64,000 nucleotides of DNA from a bacterium (GCA_043756865.1 JAYUQG010000024.1:91259-155258), one strand, 5' to 3'; numbered from the stretch's first letter, positions 1 through 11,272 are shown. The notes: generated by a model from the letters alone, not told the origin. A program made the numbers and translations.

Positions 1-645
1 ATTGTGATTCCAAAACTCTCAGCGATTATTTTGGAAACAGGAAAGGATTTACCAATCTATACAAAGGCAGTTATTGGCGCGTCGAATTTTATGATAAATT
101 ACGGCCTGCTTTTTGCAGCAGCCATTGCGCTCTTTATTTTTTCTATATGGCGCTACGTACAAACAGATCACGGGAAGGAAGTTATGGCCCGTCTCTCACT
201 CTCAGTCCCGTATATTGGTGACTTATACAAGAAACTCTATTTGGCCCGCATTGCTGATAACTTAAACACAATGCTTTCTTCGGGTATTGCCGTTGTGCGT
301 GCGGTTGAAATCGCAGCGTCAGTTGTCGGCAACGAAGTCTACAAAAACGCACTCCTGAATGTCGCGTCAGATGTACGTACTGGAGTTTCGCTTTCACAGG
401 CAATGGGAAAGCATCCAGAAATTCCCGGAATTATGATTCAAATGATAAAAGTGGGAGAGGAAACAGGGGAAGTGGGAAGTATTCTCGAGACACTCGCAAA
501 GTTTTATAAACGCGAAGTTGATAATGCTGTTGAAACACTCATTGGTATGATTGAGCCAGCAATGATTATTTTGCTGGGGTTGGGGGTTGGGGGACTGTTG
601 GTATCCATCCTCCTCCCAATCTACGACATCACCGCAAGTTTCTAA
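1..645 (+). CDS. pilC: Type IV pilus / T2SS platform protein PilC (GspF family), C-terminal part; the gene continues upstream of the window
   Basis: The ORF is open to the window edge. GspF-family C-terminal repeat with a conserved hydrophobic C-terminus (…LLGLGVGGLLVSILLPIYDITASF). Followed by pilin and prepilin peptidase genes. Confidence 0.85.
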   Translation: MVIPKLSAIILETGKDLPIYTKAVIGASNFMINYGLLFAAAIALFIFSIWRYVQTDHGKEVMARLSLSVPYIGDLYKKLYLARIADNLNTMLSSGIAVVRAVEIAASVVGNEVYKNALLNVASDVRTGVSLSQAMGKHPEIPGIMIQMIKVGEETGEVGSILETLAKFYKREVDNAVETLIGMIEPAMIILLGLGVGGLLVSILLPIYDITASF

Positions 646-685
646 AATTGACGCATTGCTCGGTTTTCCCTCACTAAACTCACGC

Positions 686-740
686 AACGTATAAAACATA
701 CGTCTCGTGAGTATTAGCTCAGTCCAAACCTTCGCACTGC
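686..740 (+). repeat. Copy a of a ~55-nt repeat family: hairpin ACGTAT-N5-ATACGT followed by a conserved GCAGTCCA..CTTCGCACTGC segment
   Basis: About 65% identical to the copy at 22972..23027. Conserved 5–6 bp stem CGTAT/ATACG plus a GCAGT..ACTGC inverted repeat. Confidence 0.5.
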
Positions 741-785
741 ATCTCATTTTGTGCGTTTTACTCAGCATTATGAACAGTTTTTTGG

Positions 786-840
786 ACGTATAACTCATAC
801 GCCCATCCAAATATCGCCGCAGTCCAGAACTTCGCAATCT
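786..840 (+). repeat. Copy b of the same ~55-nt repeat family, in tandem with copy a, in the pilC–pilin intergenic region
   Basis: About 85% identical to 22972..23027 (ttgga..cgtataactcatacgccc…gccgcagtccagaacttcg). Confidence 0.55.
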
Positions 841-867
841 TGGAGCGAGTGTTACCTTTTGGGGGGA

Positions 868-949
868 CTCTCGCAGGAGGGTTGGCTTGGTGTCGCTCTC
901 TTGAGCGACCAACCCGCCGAGAGTGAAGTTGGCGCCCGCAGGAGGCGCC
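868..949 (+). promoter_or_regulatory. Structured GC-rich leader upstream of the pilin gene: a nested ~56-nt hairpin (868..923) plus the hairpin GGCGCC-cgcagga-GGCGCC (931..949)
   Basis: Perfect nested inverted repeats CTCTCG/GGGTTGG/GTCGCTC…GAGCGAC/CCAACCC/CGAGAG. Two 'CGCAGGAGG' loops. 440-bp intergenic region. Confidence 0.35.
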
Positions 950-1090
950 GACTTGTGCCCCTCAAAAGGCTAACCCGAGCGGTTATTTATCCACACCCTC
1001 TTCCCGTACCCTCATTTTGCATGGTACGATATATACAGTGCTTCGAAAATCTGAAGCAATTACATCAGTTATTAATTTTAGTCATTTCTT

Positions 1091-1690
1091 ATGTTCACCT
1101 CTATTAAAGACACGAAGAAAGGTTTCACCCTGATTGAGCTTCTTGTGGTCATTGCGATCATCGGTATTCTCTCTTCAGTTGTGCTCGCATCGCTTTCAAC
1201 CGCGCGCCAAAAGTCACGTGACGCAAAGCGTATCTCTGACGTAGGGCAGATTCAGCTTGCGCTCGAACTCTTCTTCGACGCACAGCAGAGCTACCCACGA
1301 ACAACGCAGCTTGCAAGTACTGTAACGCAGGATGGAGGAGTGCTCGCTCTTACTGCCGCTCAATTTCTTCCTCAGACACCGGTTCCTCCAGCAGGTGGAA
1401 GTCCAAAGTATTTCTACCGCGGTCGTGTAAGCGCAGCGAATCCCCCCGGCATTGCTGATGAGTGTAATGCACTTGCAGAGACATCATGCACTTCGTACAT
1501 TGTTGCAGTCACGCTGGAGCGTGCGGACAACACCGTGCTGACAAGTGATGCCGACACTGACGCAAGTGCTTGGGTTGCCCATGCAGCTGGAGTGGTAGCA
1601 CAGTATGGTGAAGGAGGTGACATCTTTGGTGGCGCTGCAGCTTGTGGGGTCACTGGTGGTGCAGACCTTTGCTACGACATCTCACCGTAA
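1091..1690 (+). CDS. Type IV pilin (prepilin-type N-terminal cleavage/methylation domain); candidate major pilin
   Basis: N-terminus KKGFTLIELLVVIAIIGILSSV is the class III signal and methylation motif. Long structured 5' region. Confidence 0.85.
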   Translation: MFTSIKDTKKGFTLIELLVVIAIIGILSSVVLASLSTARQKSRDAKRISDVGQIQLALELFFDAQQSYPRTTQLASTVTQDGGVLALTAAQFLPQTPVPPAGGSPKYFYRGRVSAANPPGIADECNALAETSCTSYIVAVTLERADNTVLTSDADTDASAWVAHAAGVVAQYGEGGDIFGGAAACGVTGGADLCYDISP

Positions 1691-1776
1691 GCAACAGCGA
1701 ATCTTATTTGATTCCAACACAAGCCCAAGCGGGGCTTGTTTTGTTTCGGGCCACCAAGTATGTCTGAACACTCGAG

Positions 1777-2628
1777 GTGAGATGGTATACTGTGTTCCAC
1801 ATGACGTTGTATATTGGAGTTATATACTTTCTTGCTTTTCTTCTCGGAGCTACTATCGGGAGCTTTCTCAATGTGGTTATTTATCGTATGGGAAGTGGAG
1901 TGGGGTTGGGGGGAAGGTCAAAGTGTCTTTCCTGCGGGCGCGCACTCACCGTGCGCATGCTCATTCCGTTATTCTCGTATTTCTTCCAGAAGGGAAAATG
2001 TGTATTTTGTCGCACAAAAATTGCAGTACAGTATCCCGCTGTTGAATTGGCACTCGCTTCACTTTTCGTTGCTGTTGTAGTGTTGCGTGGATTTGACCCC
2101 CTGCTCGCCACTTGGGTTGAGGTGTTACGAGTATTGCTTGAAATGACCGTGTGGTCGGTTTTACTTGGGGTACTCGTGTATGATCTCAAGCATAAGATTA
2201 TTCCTGACAGATTTTCTGTCATGTTTGCGGTTACTTCAGGAATATTGTTGTTTGTCACTACGCAATTGCAGACACCATCCGTGCAATATATTCCATTCCT
2301 CAATACTACGCCTGCGTGGATTGATTGGGCGGCTGCCCCCCTTATTGCAATTCCGTTTGCGTTACTGTGGCTTCTCTCGGGTGGTCGCGCGATGGGGTTG
2401 GGTGACGCGAAACTTGCTTGGGGGATAGGGTGGTTTCTCGGTTTTTCAGGTGGCGTAACGGCGGTCATTCTCAGTTTTTGGATTGCATTCATCCCAAGTA
2501 TAGTGCTGTTGTTTCTTCGTGCAAAACACTTTACAATGAAAAGTGAGATTCCATTTGCACCCTTTCTTGTGCTCGGCACACTTGTCACTTATTTGTTTGG
2601 GGTCGACATACTCGCATGGACATTTTAG
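1777..2628 (+). CDS. pilD: Prepilin peptidase (A24 family, PilD)
   Basis: N-terminal Cys tetrad (CLSCG…CVFCR), multiple TM segments, conserved GLGDAKL motif. Gene context. An alternative start at 1801 is possible. Confidence 0.85.
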   Translation: MRWYTVFHMTLYIGVIYFLAFLLGATIGSFLNVVIYRMGSGVGLGGRSKCLSCGRALTVRMLIPLFSYFFQKGKCVFCRTKIAVQYPAVELALASLFVAVVVLRGFDPLLATWVEVLRVLLEMTVWSVLLGVLVYDLKHKIIPDRFSVMFAVTSGILLFVTTQLQTPSVQYIPFLNTTPAWIDWAAAPLIAIPFALLWLLSGGRAMGLGDAKLAWGIGWFLGFSGGVTAVILSFWIAFIPSIVLLFLRAKHFTMKSEIPFAPFLVLGTLVTYLFGVDILAWTF

Positions 2629-2647
2629 GCGATTCGGTATTTATAAT

Positions 2648-3292
2648 ATGTACAAGAAACAGCCATACACACAGTCCCAGTCATTGGAGAAAGGATTTTC
2701 CCTGCTCGAACTTATTGTTGCCATTTCCATTTTTATTGTCCTTTCGAGTGCTTTTTTGATTAACTATAATTCGTTTAATAAGCGTATCAGTATTGATACA
2801 TTGGCACATCAGATAGGCCAGTGGGTTCGCGATGCTCAAGTTTCTGCAATGAGCGTGAAGCGGACCAGTGTTTCATCGACCGTATTTCCCGGATATGGGT
2901 TGCATTTTTCGACATTAACTCCCAACAAGTTCATCTTTTTTGCAGATTCCCTGACCGCAAATAATCAATATGATGCAGGTGTGGGAATATGCGGCAGCGC
3001 AACCACTGAATGTGAGCGTGAGGTGCAACTCCTGCAGGGGAATGTGCTTGAGGCGCTCTGCGGCGATGCTCCGTCGGGTGCCGCCATTACGGCAAAATGC
3101 GGACTACTCGATACTTCAGAAACATTTGATATTGTGTTCACGCGACCCAATCCTGATGCGGTAATTACTGGCGACCTTGGCGGGGCATCATTCCCCACAG
3201 CGTATTCTCGGGCACAAATTCATTTGCTTTCCCCTGCAGGACACCGACGTGTGGTGGAGGTGTGGACAACTGGCCAGGTATCAATCAGATAA
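2648..3292 (+). CDS. Prepilin-type pseudopilin / minor pilin
   Basis: LEKGFSLLELIVAISIFIVLSS prepilin N-terminus. The ATG at 2648 follows immediately after the pilD stop. Confidence 0.75.
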   Translation: MYKKQPYTQSQSLEKGFSLLELIVAISIFIVLSSAFLINYNSFNKRISIDTLAHQIGQWVRDAQVSAMSVKRTSVSSTVFPGYGLHFSTLTPNKFIFFADSLTANNQYDAGVGICGSATTECEREVQLLQGNVLEALCGDAPSGAAITAKCGLLDTSETFDIVFTRPNPDAVITGDLGGASFPTAYSRAQIHLLSPAGHRRVVEVWTTGQVSIR

Positions 3293-3296
3293 TGCC

Positions 3297-3908
3297 ATGA
3301 AACCAAACGTTATAAAAAAAGCAGGAAAGAAGAATGGATTCACACTCATTGAGATGATTGTCTCGATGTCTATTTTTACCATCGCACTCCTCATTATCGT
3401 TGGAGCGCTTATCAGTCTTGAAAATGCGAGCAGGAAAGCCCGAACAGTGCGTATTGTGACTGACAACTTGAGTGCGGCCATCGACTCCATGTCGCGCAAT
3501 GTGCGCATGGGCACGTATTACCACTGTGGTTGCGTCGGCCCCTATACTACGCCGCTTAACTGCCCAATGACCGACGACACGGGAGGTGGTGGCGCGACAT
3601 GCTTGGCGTTCGAGAGCCAGCGTGGCGATCCATCTATTTCAACCGACCAATATATCTACCGCCTTTCAGGAAATCGCATAGAACGCTCAACAGATGGCGG
3701 AAGCACGTTTCTCGCGCTCACAGCTCCTGAGCTCGATGTAACAAACCTGCGTTTTTATGTCACGGGAACTGAGACAAGCAGCAATCAACCTTATGTGACA
3801 ATGATAGTTCGTGGCTCGGCGTCCACCACACCAAGGACGGCAACAGATTTTAATATTCAAACAACCATCGGCGAGCGAACCCCAAACTTCGACTTCACAG
3901 CACCGTAG
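3297..3908 (+). CDS. Prepilin-type pseudopilin (PilW/GspJ-like)
   Basis: KKNGFTLIEMIVSMSIFTIALLII prepilin N-terminus. Starts 5 nt after the previous stop. Confidence 0.7.
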   Translation: MKPNVIKKAGKKNGFTLIEMIVSMSIFTIALLIIVGALISLENASRKARTVRIVTDNLSAAIDSMSRNVRMGTYYHCGCVGPYTTPLNCPMTDDTGGGGATCLAFESQRGDPSISTDQYIYRLSGNRIERSTDGGSTFLALTAPELDVTNLRFYVTGTETSSNQPYVTMIVRGSASTTPRTATDFNIQTTIGERTPNFDFTAP

Positions 3909-3910
3909 CC

Positions 3911-4510
3911 ATGAAATACTCAAATGCACATCACAAGGGTTTTACACTCATAGAGGCAGTGGTCTCCATTGCAATTTTAGCGTTTGCGGTCGGAGGTCCC
4001 ATGGCACTTTCCGCACAAAGTTTGCGTGCGTCGCGTGAGGCGCGTATCCAGCTGGAAGCTATACACATTGCAGAAGAGGGAATTGAGATTATTCATAACA
4101 TTCGTGACAATAATTCCGCAAAAGACGTTACGCTCACCCGCGATGCATGGATGTCATCCATACTGGGAACATGCGTAGGCGGTTGTATCGCGGATGTTAC
4201 TGACCACTCCGCTGGTGTATGGGGTCCAGCAGCACTTACTGCATGCCCCGCTGGTGACTGCAGTGTTGTAGGGCGCATTTACTATCATCCAACGTCATCA
4301 TTGTATCGACAACGCCAAATCGCGCTTGCGGCGCCGTGGGTGCCAACGGTGTTTACCCGCTCAATGACCGTTGCGGGCGTTGATGACGTGTCGAATCCTG
4401 TGCGACAGGTCGTGGTTACCTCAACGGTGACGTATCAGGGATATAATGGAGCCATCCGTACAATAAGCGTACGTCAGGATCTTTACAATTGGTTTCCTCG
4501 GCTCAACTGA
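3911..4510 (+). CDS. Prepilin-type pseudopilin (PilV-like)
   Basis: HKGFTLIEAVVSIAILAFAV prepilin N-terminus. 3-nt spacing from the previous gene. Confidence 0.75.
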   Translation: MKYSNAHHKGFTLIEAVVSIAILAFAVGGPMALSAQSLRASREARIQLEAIHIAEEGIEIIHNIRDNNSAKDVTLTRDAWMSSILGTCVGGCIADVTDHSAGVWGPAALTACPAGDCSVVGRIYYHPTSSLYRQRQIALAAPWVPTVFTRSMTVAGVDDVSNPVRQVVVTSTVTYQGYNGAIRTISVRQDLYNWFPRLN

Positions 4511-4516
4511 TACTTC

Positions 4517-5041
4517 ATGAAACACTTACGCACACAACTTGAGGATGAAAAACAAGGAGGATATATTCTTCTGCTCACCGTGCTCATTGTCAGCATTATT
4601 CTTGCAATCAGTTTCAGTATTTATGCACTCAGCATAAAGGAAGTAATTCTCGCATCGTTCCTTCGGGAATCAGAAAAGGCATTTACTGCAGCAGACCGTG
4701 CGGTGGAGTGTACAATCTATTGGGACCGTTCGTTCCCTCAGAATGGTTTACCCTACACTGCGTTTGCAACGTCAACAACTTGGGTAGATCCTGTTAATGT
4801 CAATACGGTTGTCTGTGACACCACCTCGCTTCCGCTCATTCCTTGGGATAACACCACAGGGAGAACTGCAACGAGGGGGATTACCACATTTACCATGCAG
4901 TATGTAGATGGTACGTGCGCTGATGTAACAGTCATCAAAGAAAACGGAGGAACAAACATCACCACCAATGGCTATAACAATTGCACACCCGGTGCAGCGC
5001 GAAGAACGCAGCGGACTATTCTGGTTGACAGTAACATTTAA
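4517..5041 (+). CDS. PilX-like minor pilin / pilus-associated membrane-anchored protein
   Basis: Single N-terminal hydrophobic helix (GGYILLLTVLIVSIILAI) directly after the pseudopilin genes. Cys-containing extracellular part. Confidence 0.5.
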   Translation: MKHLRTQLEDEKQGGYILLLTVLIVSIILAISFSIYALSIKEVILASFLRESEKAFTAADRAVECTIYWDRSFPQNGLPYTAFATSTTWVDPVNVNTVVCDTTSLPLIPWDNTTGRTATRGITTFTMQYVDGTCADVTVIKENGGTNITTNGYNNCTPGAARRTQRTILVDSNI

Positions 5042-5047
5042 CACTAA

Positions 5048-7156
<2,109 letters not shown>

Positions 7157-7253
7157 GACGCAGGGGCGGAAGCCCTCCAAGACAATGGGGAAGATTTTTT
7201 ACGAAAAATTTTCTGTTTTGTCAATGAACTCATCATTTCGCAAATGGTGTAGT

Positions 7254-7547
7254 ATGAAGACCATGCTCACAAAAGATGACATCAGTAATCTGGCAGAACT
7301 CGCGCGACTTTCTATTTCTGACGAAGAAAAAGCACTTTTCGCAGAGCGTCTTGGTCCCGTACTTGCCTACGTATCCGAGGTAACCTCCGTTACTACCGAA
7401 GAAGATGCAGTGCCCCGTGTTGGTGCACTAAGAAATGTTATGCGCGAAGATGGCGCGCCCAGAGAAGGCGGAACCTTCACTGACCGTATCCTCACCAACG
7501 CTCCTGCAACCGAAGACGGGTATGTTAAAGTGCGTCAGATTTTCTAG
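7254..7547 (+). CDS. gatC: Asp/Glu-tRNA amidotransferase subunit C
   Basis: MKTMLTKDDISNLAELARLSISDEE… is the typical GatC N-terminus. ~97 aa. Directly upstream of gatA. Confidence 0.85.
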   Translation: MKTMLTKDDISNLAELARLSISDEEKALFAERLGPVLAYVSEVTSVTTEEDAVPRVGALRNVMREDGAPREGGTFTDRILTNAPATEDGYVKVRQIF

Positions 7548-7557
7548 TTTTCCACCT

Positions 7558-8991
7558 ATGTCTATCGATATACACAATCTCACAATTAAAGATGCAAGTG
7601 TCGCGCTTCGCGATGGGGAATACACTTCGGTGCAATTGACCGAAGCAGTGCTTACTAATGCAAAAAAAGAAAATCCAGAAATCAATGCGTATGCGGAAAT
7701 TTTTGAAGATGCGGTGGAGCTCGCCGCAAAGGCGGATGCACTGATTGCCCGCAAAGAGGGTGGACCAATGACCGGCATCCCTGTGTCTATAAAGGACAAT
7801 ATGCTCTATCAAGGCAAAGAATCTACTTCAGGCTCGATGATTTTGCGCGGACACAAAGCGACATACAATGGGACAGCAGTTGAAAAACTCATAGCCGGAG
7901 GAGCGGTCATTATTGGACGCACAAATATGGACGAGTTCGCCATGGGAAGCTCAACAGAGACGTGTGCCTATGGGCAGGTAAAGAACCCTATTGACCCCAC
8001 ACGCGTTCCTGGGGGCTCTTCTGGGGGTGCTGCTGCATCGCTTACTATGGGGGGCGCCCTTGGCTCCTACGGCTCGGATACGGGAGGGTCTATTCGTCAG
8101 CCTGCTGCGTTTTGCGGCATCGTTGGGCTAAAGCCCACCTACGGTGCAGTTTCGCGTTACGGACTTATGGCACTGGCGTCATCATTGGACCAGATTGGAC
8201 CATTCGGGAAAACCGTAGAAGACACGAGACTCCTTTTTGATGCAGTGCGTGGGCACGACCCCATGGATAGCACGTCAGTACCCGAAGCACATGCACTCCG
8301 CGCAAAACGCGATGCACCAAAGACGCTCACCATTGGTATTCCGGAGGCATTTATCGACATGGATGGAATGGATGCAGATGTACGTGAAAATTTTCGTGCA
8401 ACGATCGCCCGACTGGAAGCTTCAGGACACAAAATTAAACCTATTGACCTGCCGTCGATGCCGCGATCGCTTGCGGTGTACTACATCATTCAGCCCGCAG
8501 AAGCTTCCGCAAACCTTGCGCGGTATGATGGTATTCGTTTTGGATTCTCGAAATCCGCAGACCGTCTTCGTGAGGTGTATACAGAGACCCGCGGAGAAGG
8601 GTTTGGCAAAGAGGTCCGCCGACGCATCCTCCTTGGAACGTATGTACTTTCTGCAGGATATTACGATGCGTACTACAACAAAGCAGTTGCAGTTCGCCGC
8701 ATGATTATGGAGGAGATGAAGAAGGCGTTTAGTGAGGTAGATGTTATCGCTACACCCACCACCCCTTCTCCCGCATGGAAATTGGGCGCAATGAACGCGG
8801 ATCCACTCAAGATGTATCTCGAAGACATCTTCACTGTACCCGCCAATATTGCCGGTGTGCCAAGCATCTCCATTCCCTCAGGTGTGGTGACGCGCGACGG
8901 CGTGGTGCTTCCCGTGGGTATACAGTTCATGGCGGATGCATTCAACGAAGACGTGCTGTTTCAGGCGGGTTCTGCAGTTGAGCGTATATGA
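7558..8991 (+). CDS. gatA: Asp/Glu-tRNA amidotransferase subunit A (amidase signature family)
   Basis: Amidase signature GGSSGGAAASLTMGGALGSYGSDTGGSIRQPAAFCGIVGLKPTYG. Confidence 0.95.
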   Translation: MSIDIHNLTIKDASVALRDGEYTSVQLTEAVLTNAKKENPEINAYAEIFEDAVELAAKADALIARKEGGPMTGIPVSIKDNMLYQGKESTSGSMILRGHKATYNGTAVEKLIAGGAVIIGRTNMDEFAMGSSTETCAYGQVKNPIDPTRVPGGSSGGAAASLTMGGALGSYGSDTGGSIRQPAAFCGIVGLKPTYGAVSRYGLMALASSLDQIGPFGKTVEDTRLLFDAVRGHDPMDSTSVPEAHALRAKRDAPKTLTIGIPEAFIDMDGMDADVRENFRATIARLEASGHKIKPIDLPSMPRSLAVYYIIQPAEASANLARYDGIRFGFSKSADRLREVYTETRGEGFGKEVRRRILLGTYVLSAGYYDAYYNKAVAVRRMIMEEMKKAFSEVDVIATPTTPSPAWKLGAMNADPLKMYLEDIFTVPANIAGVPSISIPSGVVTRDGVVLPVGIQFMADAFNEDVLFQAGSAVERI

Positions 8992-9638
8992 CTATGTCAG
9001 ACAAACCCCCAGCAAAAGGACCACCAAAAGCAGCAGTAGGAGCGCCAAGCGGAAACAAGATATTTGCGGAGGTTGGAGGTATTCTCATAGCACTCCTCGT
9101 GTTTCTTCCAATCTTAAGCTCGCTTGCGGGGTCGCTCGGATTTCTTGGAGTGGTTGGTGACACGGTGGCTTCTGTTTTCTCTTATGTAAAGATGCTCGCT
9201 ACGGTTATTTCAATGGTTGCATTGATTATTGCTGTCTATTCGTTTATACGTATTTCAGAAATTGCCGCTGAGGAAACAAAGAAGCTTGGGCTCGCGCTCA
9301 ATTGGACAAGTGAACGAAAGCAGAAGAATGCACGTTGGGAGCGCGTAGAGACATACATGACTTCGCTGAATTCCTCTGACTGGAAAATTGCGATTCTTGA
9401 GGCTGATAACATTCTCGACCAAGTAGTAGAACGGATGGGCTACAAGGGGACCACGCTTGGGGAGCGCATGAAGCATATCGAAGCAAGTGATTTCCCGTAT
9501 CTTGAGGACGCATGGACTGCACATAAGACAAGAAATGCGATAGCGCATAAAGGGACTGACTATGAAGTATCCCGCAGTGATGCGGAGCAAACCATCAATA
9601 TCTATCACAGAATTTTTAAGGAGTTGGGGTATTTGTAA
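8988..9638 (+). CDS. Membrane-anchored DUF4145/HEPN-like protein (predicted RNA-targeting fold)
   Basis: ATGA overlap with the gatA stop. Two or three N-terminal TM helices. C-terminal domain carries an Rx4H motif (HKTRNAIAHKG) of the DUF4145/HEPN type. Confidence 0.55.
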   Translation: MTMSDKPPAKGPPKAAVGAPSGNKIFAEVGGILIALLVFLPILSSLAGSLGFLGVVGDTVASVFSYVKMLATVISMVALIIAVYSFIRISEIAAEETKKLGLALNWTSERKQKNARWERVETYMTSLNSSDWKIAILEADNILDQVVERMGYKGTTLGERMKHIEASDFPYLEDAWTAHKTRNAIAHKGTDYEVSRSDAEQTINIYHRIFKELGYL

Positions 9639-9646
9639 AGCCCAGT

Positions 9647-10777
9647 TTATTCTGCCCATGGACTCGCCAATGGTTCGCCTACAAAAACACCTTGTGCAGG
9701 AAACGCAACGCTTTTCCAGTATGACTCAATCAGCGTCTCTCCTTGAGTGTAGTGAGTAATCACTATTTGTGGGTCAGGAAATTTTTTTTTCAGCGCGTAC
9801 GGTTCGCTTACTGTGCCGTAACTCCCTGTTACTCCAGCTTCAATAAATTCAAGTATGCTCATTTGCGAAGTGTCAGTCAGCATTCCACCAAATGAGGTTA
9901 GGTGGTCTGCTACTGCCCCATTGGGAAATTTGTTTGACGAAATGTTGGGGACCTTGGTTAGACCCTGAAAATAAAAGAGTGCATCGGTAGTATTAGAAAT
10001 GTAATTTTCTGAGGATGCTTTTGTTGATGTGGCACTCTCGGGTTGCGCAGAAAGAAGTTTCACGTGCACTTGCTGGCTAATTGCATGCCCAAGCATCGAT
10101 TTTGAATAATTATTTGCACGCATGCTTCTTATTTGATCTGATGTTTTCATAATGTACGCACTCCCAAATGGTTGTGAATTGTCAGAGGCGACCCCCCGCT
10201 CAATTAATTTTTTTACGCTCGAGACTGATTTTCCCGCGAGCATCATTGATGGCCTAAACCCAAAATCTGTATATGGTGCCAGAGACAGAGAATTATAATA
10301 GGGAAGTGCATCGGGCACATTCCGAGGATCAACGCACGCCATATCGTTGTACCCGAGAGATATTGCGGAGGTAATTCCGTTGCAATTAACGCGTGAGGGG
10401 TTTGTCCACGCAACGGCAATAATCTGAACTGTCTTTGGCAATGCAGCGTTTACTTCCTGAGATAATGCACCGAATTCCTCAGCAGTTAATTGATTTTTTA
10501 GGGGGAGGCTAACATGGACAATATTTTCATTCGGTATACCCCTTTTTGTTTGGTAGTACCATCCAATCTCGATACTTTCGGGGTCATTTTTGTTAATAAC
10601 AATTCCGGTGTTTTGACTGGTTACTTCCCTGTGAAACGTGAGCAATTTCTTTACTGGGGAGATTGTAACCCCACCTTCACTTCGGAAATGTCCAACAAAG
10701 TAGGTACTTACAAACATATAAGCAAGGACAAAAAGAAATATTTCTTTTCTAGGCATGCATACAGAATAGCATAGCAA
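9647..10777 (-). CDS. Hypothetical secreted or membrane-anchored protein (376 aa)
   Basis: N-terminal hydrophobic segment (IFLFVLAYMFVSTYFVG). No recognisable catalytic motif. Converges on the HEPN-like gene. Confidence 0.6.
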   Translation of the reverse strand: MLCYSVCMPRKEIFLFVLAYMFVSTYFVGHFRSEGGVTISPVKKLLTFHREVTSQNTGIVINKNDPESIEIGWYYQTKRGIPNENIVHVSLPLKNQLTAEEFGALSQEVNAALPKTVQIIAVAWTNPSRVNCNGITSAISLGYNDMACVDPRNVPDALPYYNSLSLAPYTDFGFRPSMMLAGKSVSSVKKLIERGVASDNSQPFGSAYIMKTSDQIRSMRANNYSKSMLGHAISQQVHVKLLSAQPESATSTKASSENYISNTTDALFYFQGLTKVPNISSNKFPNGAVADHLTSFGGMLTDTSQMSILEFIEAGVTGSYGTVSEPYALKKKFPDPQIVITHYTQGETLIESYWKSVAFPAQGVFVGEPLASPWAE

Positions 10778-11092
10778 GAAAGCAGGCTTAGCCTAAGGGA
10801 ACTCTCGGCTACCGCCGCGGGTGATATTCAATCTCGACGACTTGATAATGGATATCCTTTCTTCAGCAGACGGGACTCTAGCATAAGAGGCGCAACACCC
10901 ATTTCCAATTTTCAGAACGAGACTCTGTCGCGAATATTTTGCTTGCCGCCGAGCGCAAAATTTCTCGACCCCAGCTCGTGGTTTCGCCTGCTGACGAAAC
11001 ATCGCTCCGCTTTTCGAGTCCCTCGTTGAGTGCGGCAGCGCACTCAACACCGCCGTGCAAAAATACCACCTTACGGTGGCTTTTTGTATTTG

Positions 11093-11166
11093 CGCGGCGG
11101 ACGGGACTCGAACCCGCAACCTCCCACGTGACAGGCGGGTGCTCTAACCAGTTGAGCTACCACCGC
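11093..11166 (-). tRNA. tRNA-Asp (GTC)
   Basis: Reverse complement folds as a cloverleaf: acceptor GCGGTGG/CCGCCGC, anticodon loop CTGTCAC, T-arm GCGGGTTCGAGTCCCGT. Close to E. coli tRNA-Asp. Confidence 0.85.
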
Positions 11167-11195
11167 AAATATTATTTTCTGGCCACCTTGACCAG

Positions 11196-11272
11196 TGGTG
11201 TCGACGGGAGGGAACGATCCTCCGACCTCGGGCTTATGAGTCCCGCGCTCTAACCAACTGAGCTACGTCGAC
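11196..11272 (-). tRNA. tRNA-Met (CAT); elongator-like, Ile2-lysidine not excluded
   Basis: Acceptor GTCGACG/CGTCGAC, D-arm GTAGCTCAGTTGGTTAGAGC, anticodon loop CTCATAA, CCA encoded. Confidence 0.85.

Noticed and set aside
870-900. Sigma-54 (-24/-12) promoter for the pilin gene at TGGCttggtgtcGCT
   Set aside because: GG–GC spacing is one nucleotide off consensus and the element lies inside a strong hairpin. Not called.
10778-11092. RNase P RNA, tmRNA or SRP RNA in the structured region next to the tRNA cluster (and in 43095..43420)
   Set aside because: I could not find the universal P4 (GGAAAGUCCGG / ACAGAAcCCGGCUUA), tmRNA tRNA-like end, or SRP domain IV motifs on either strand. Left as an unassigned structured RNA candidate.
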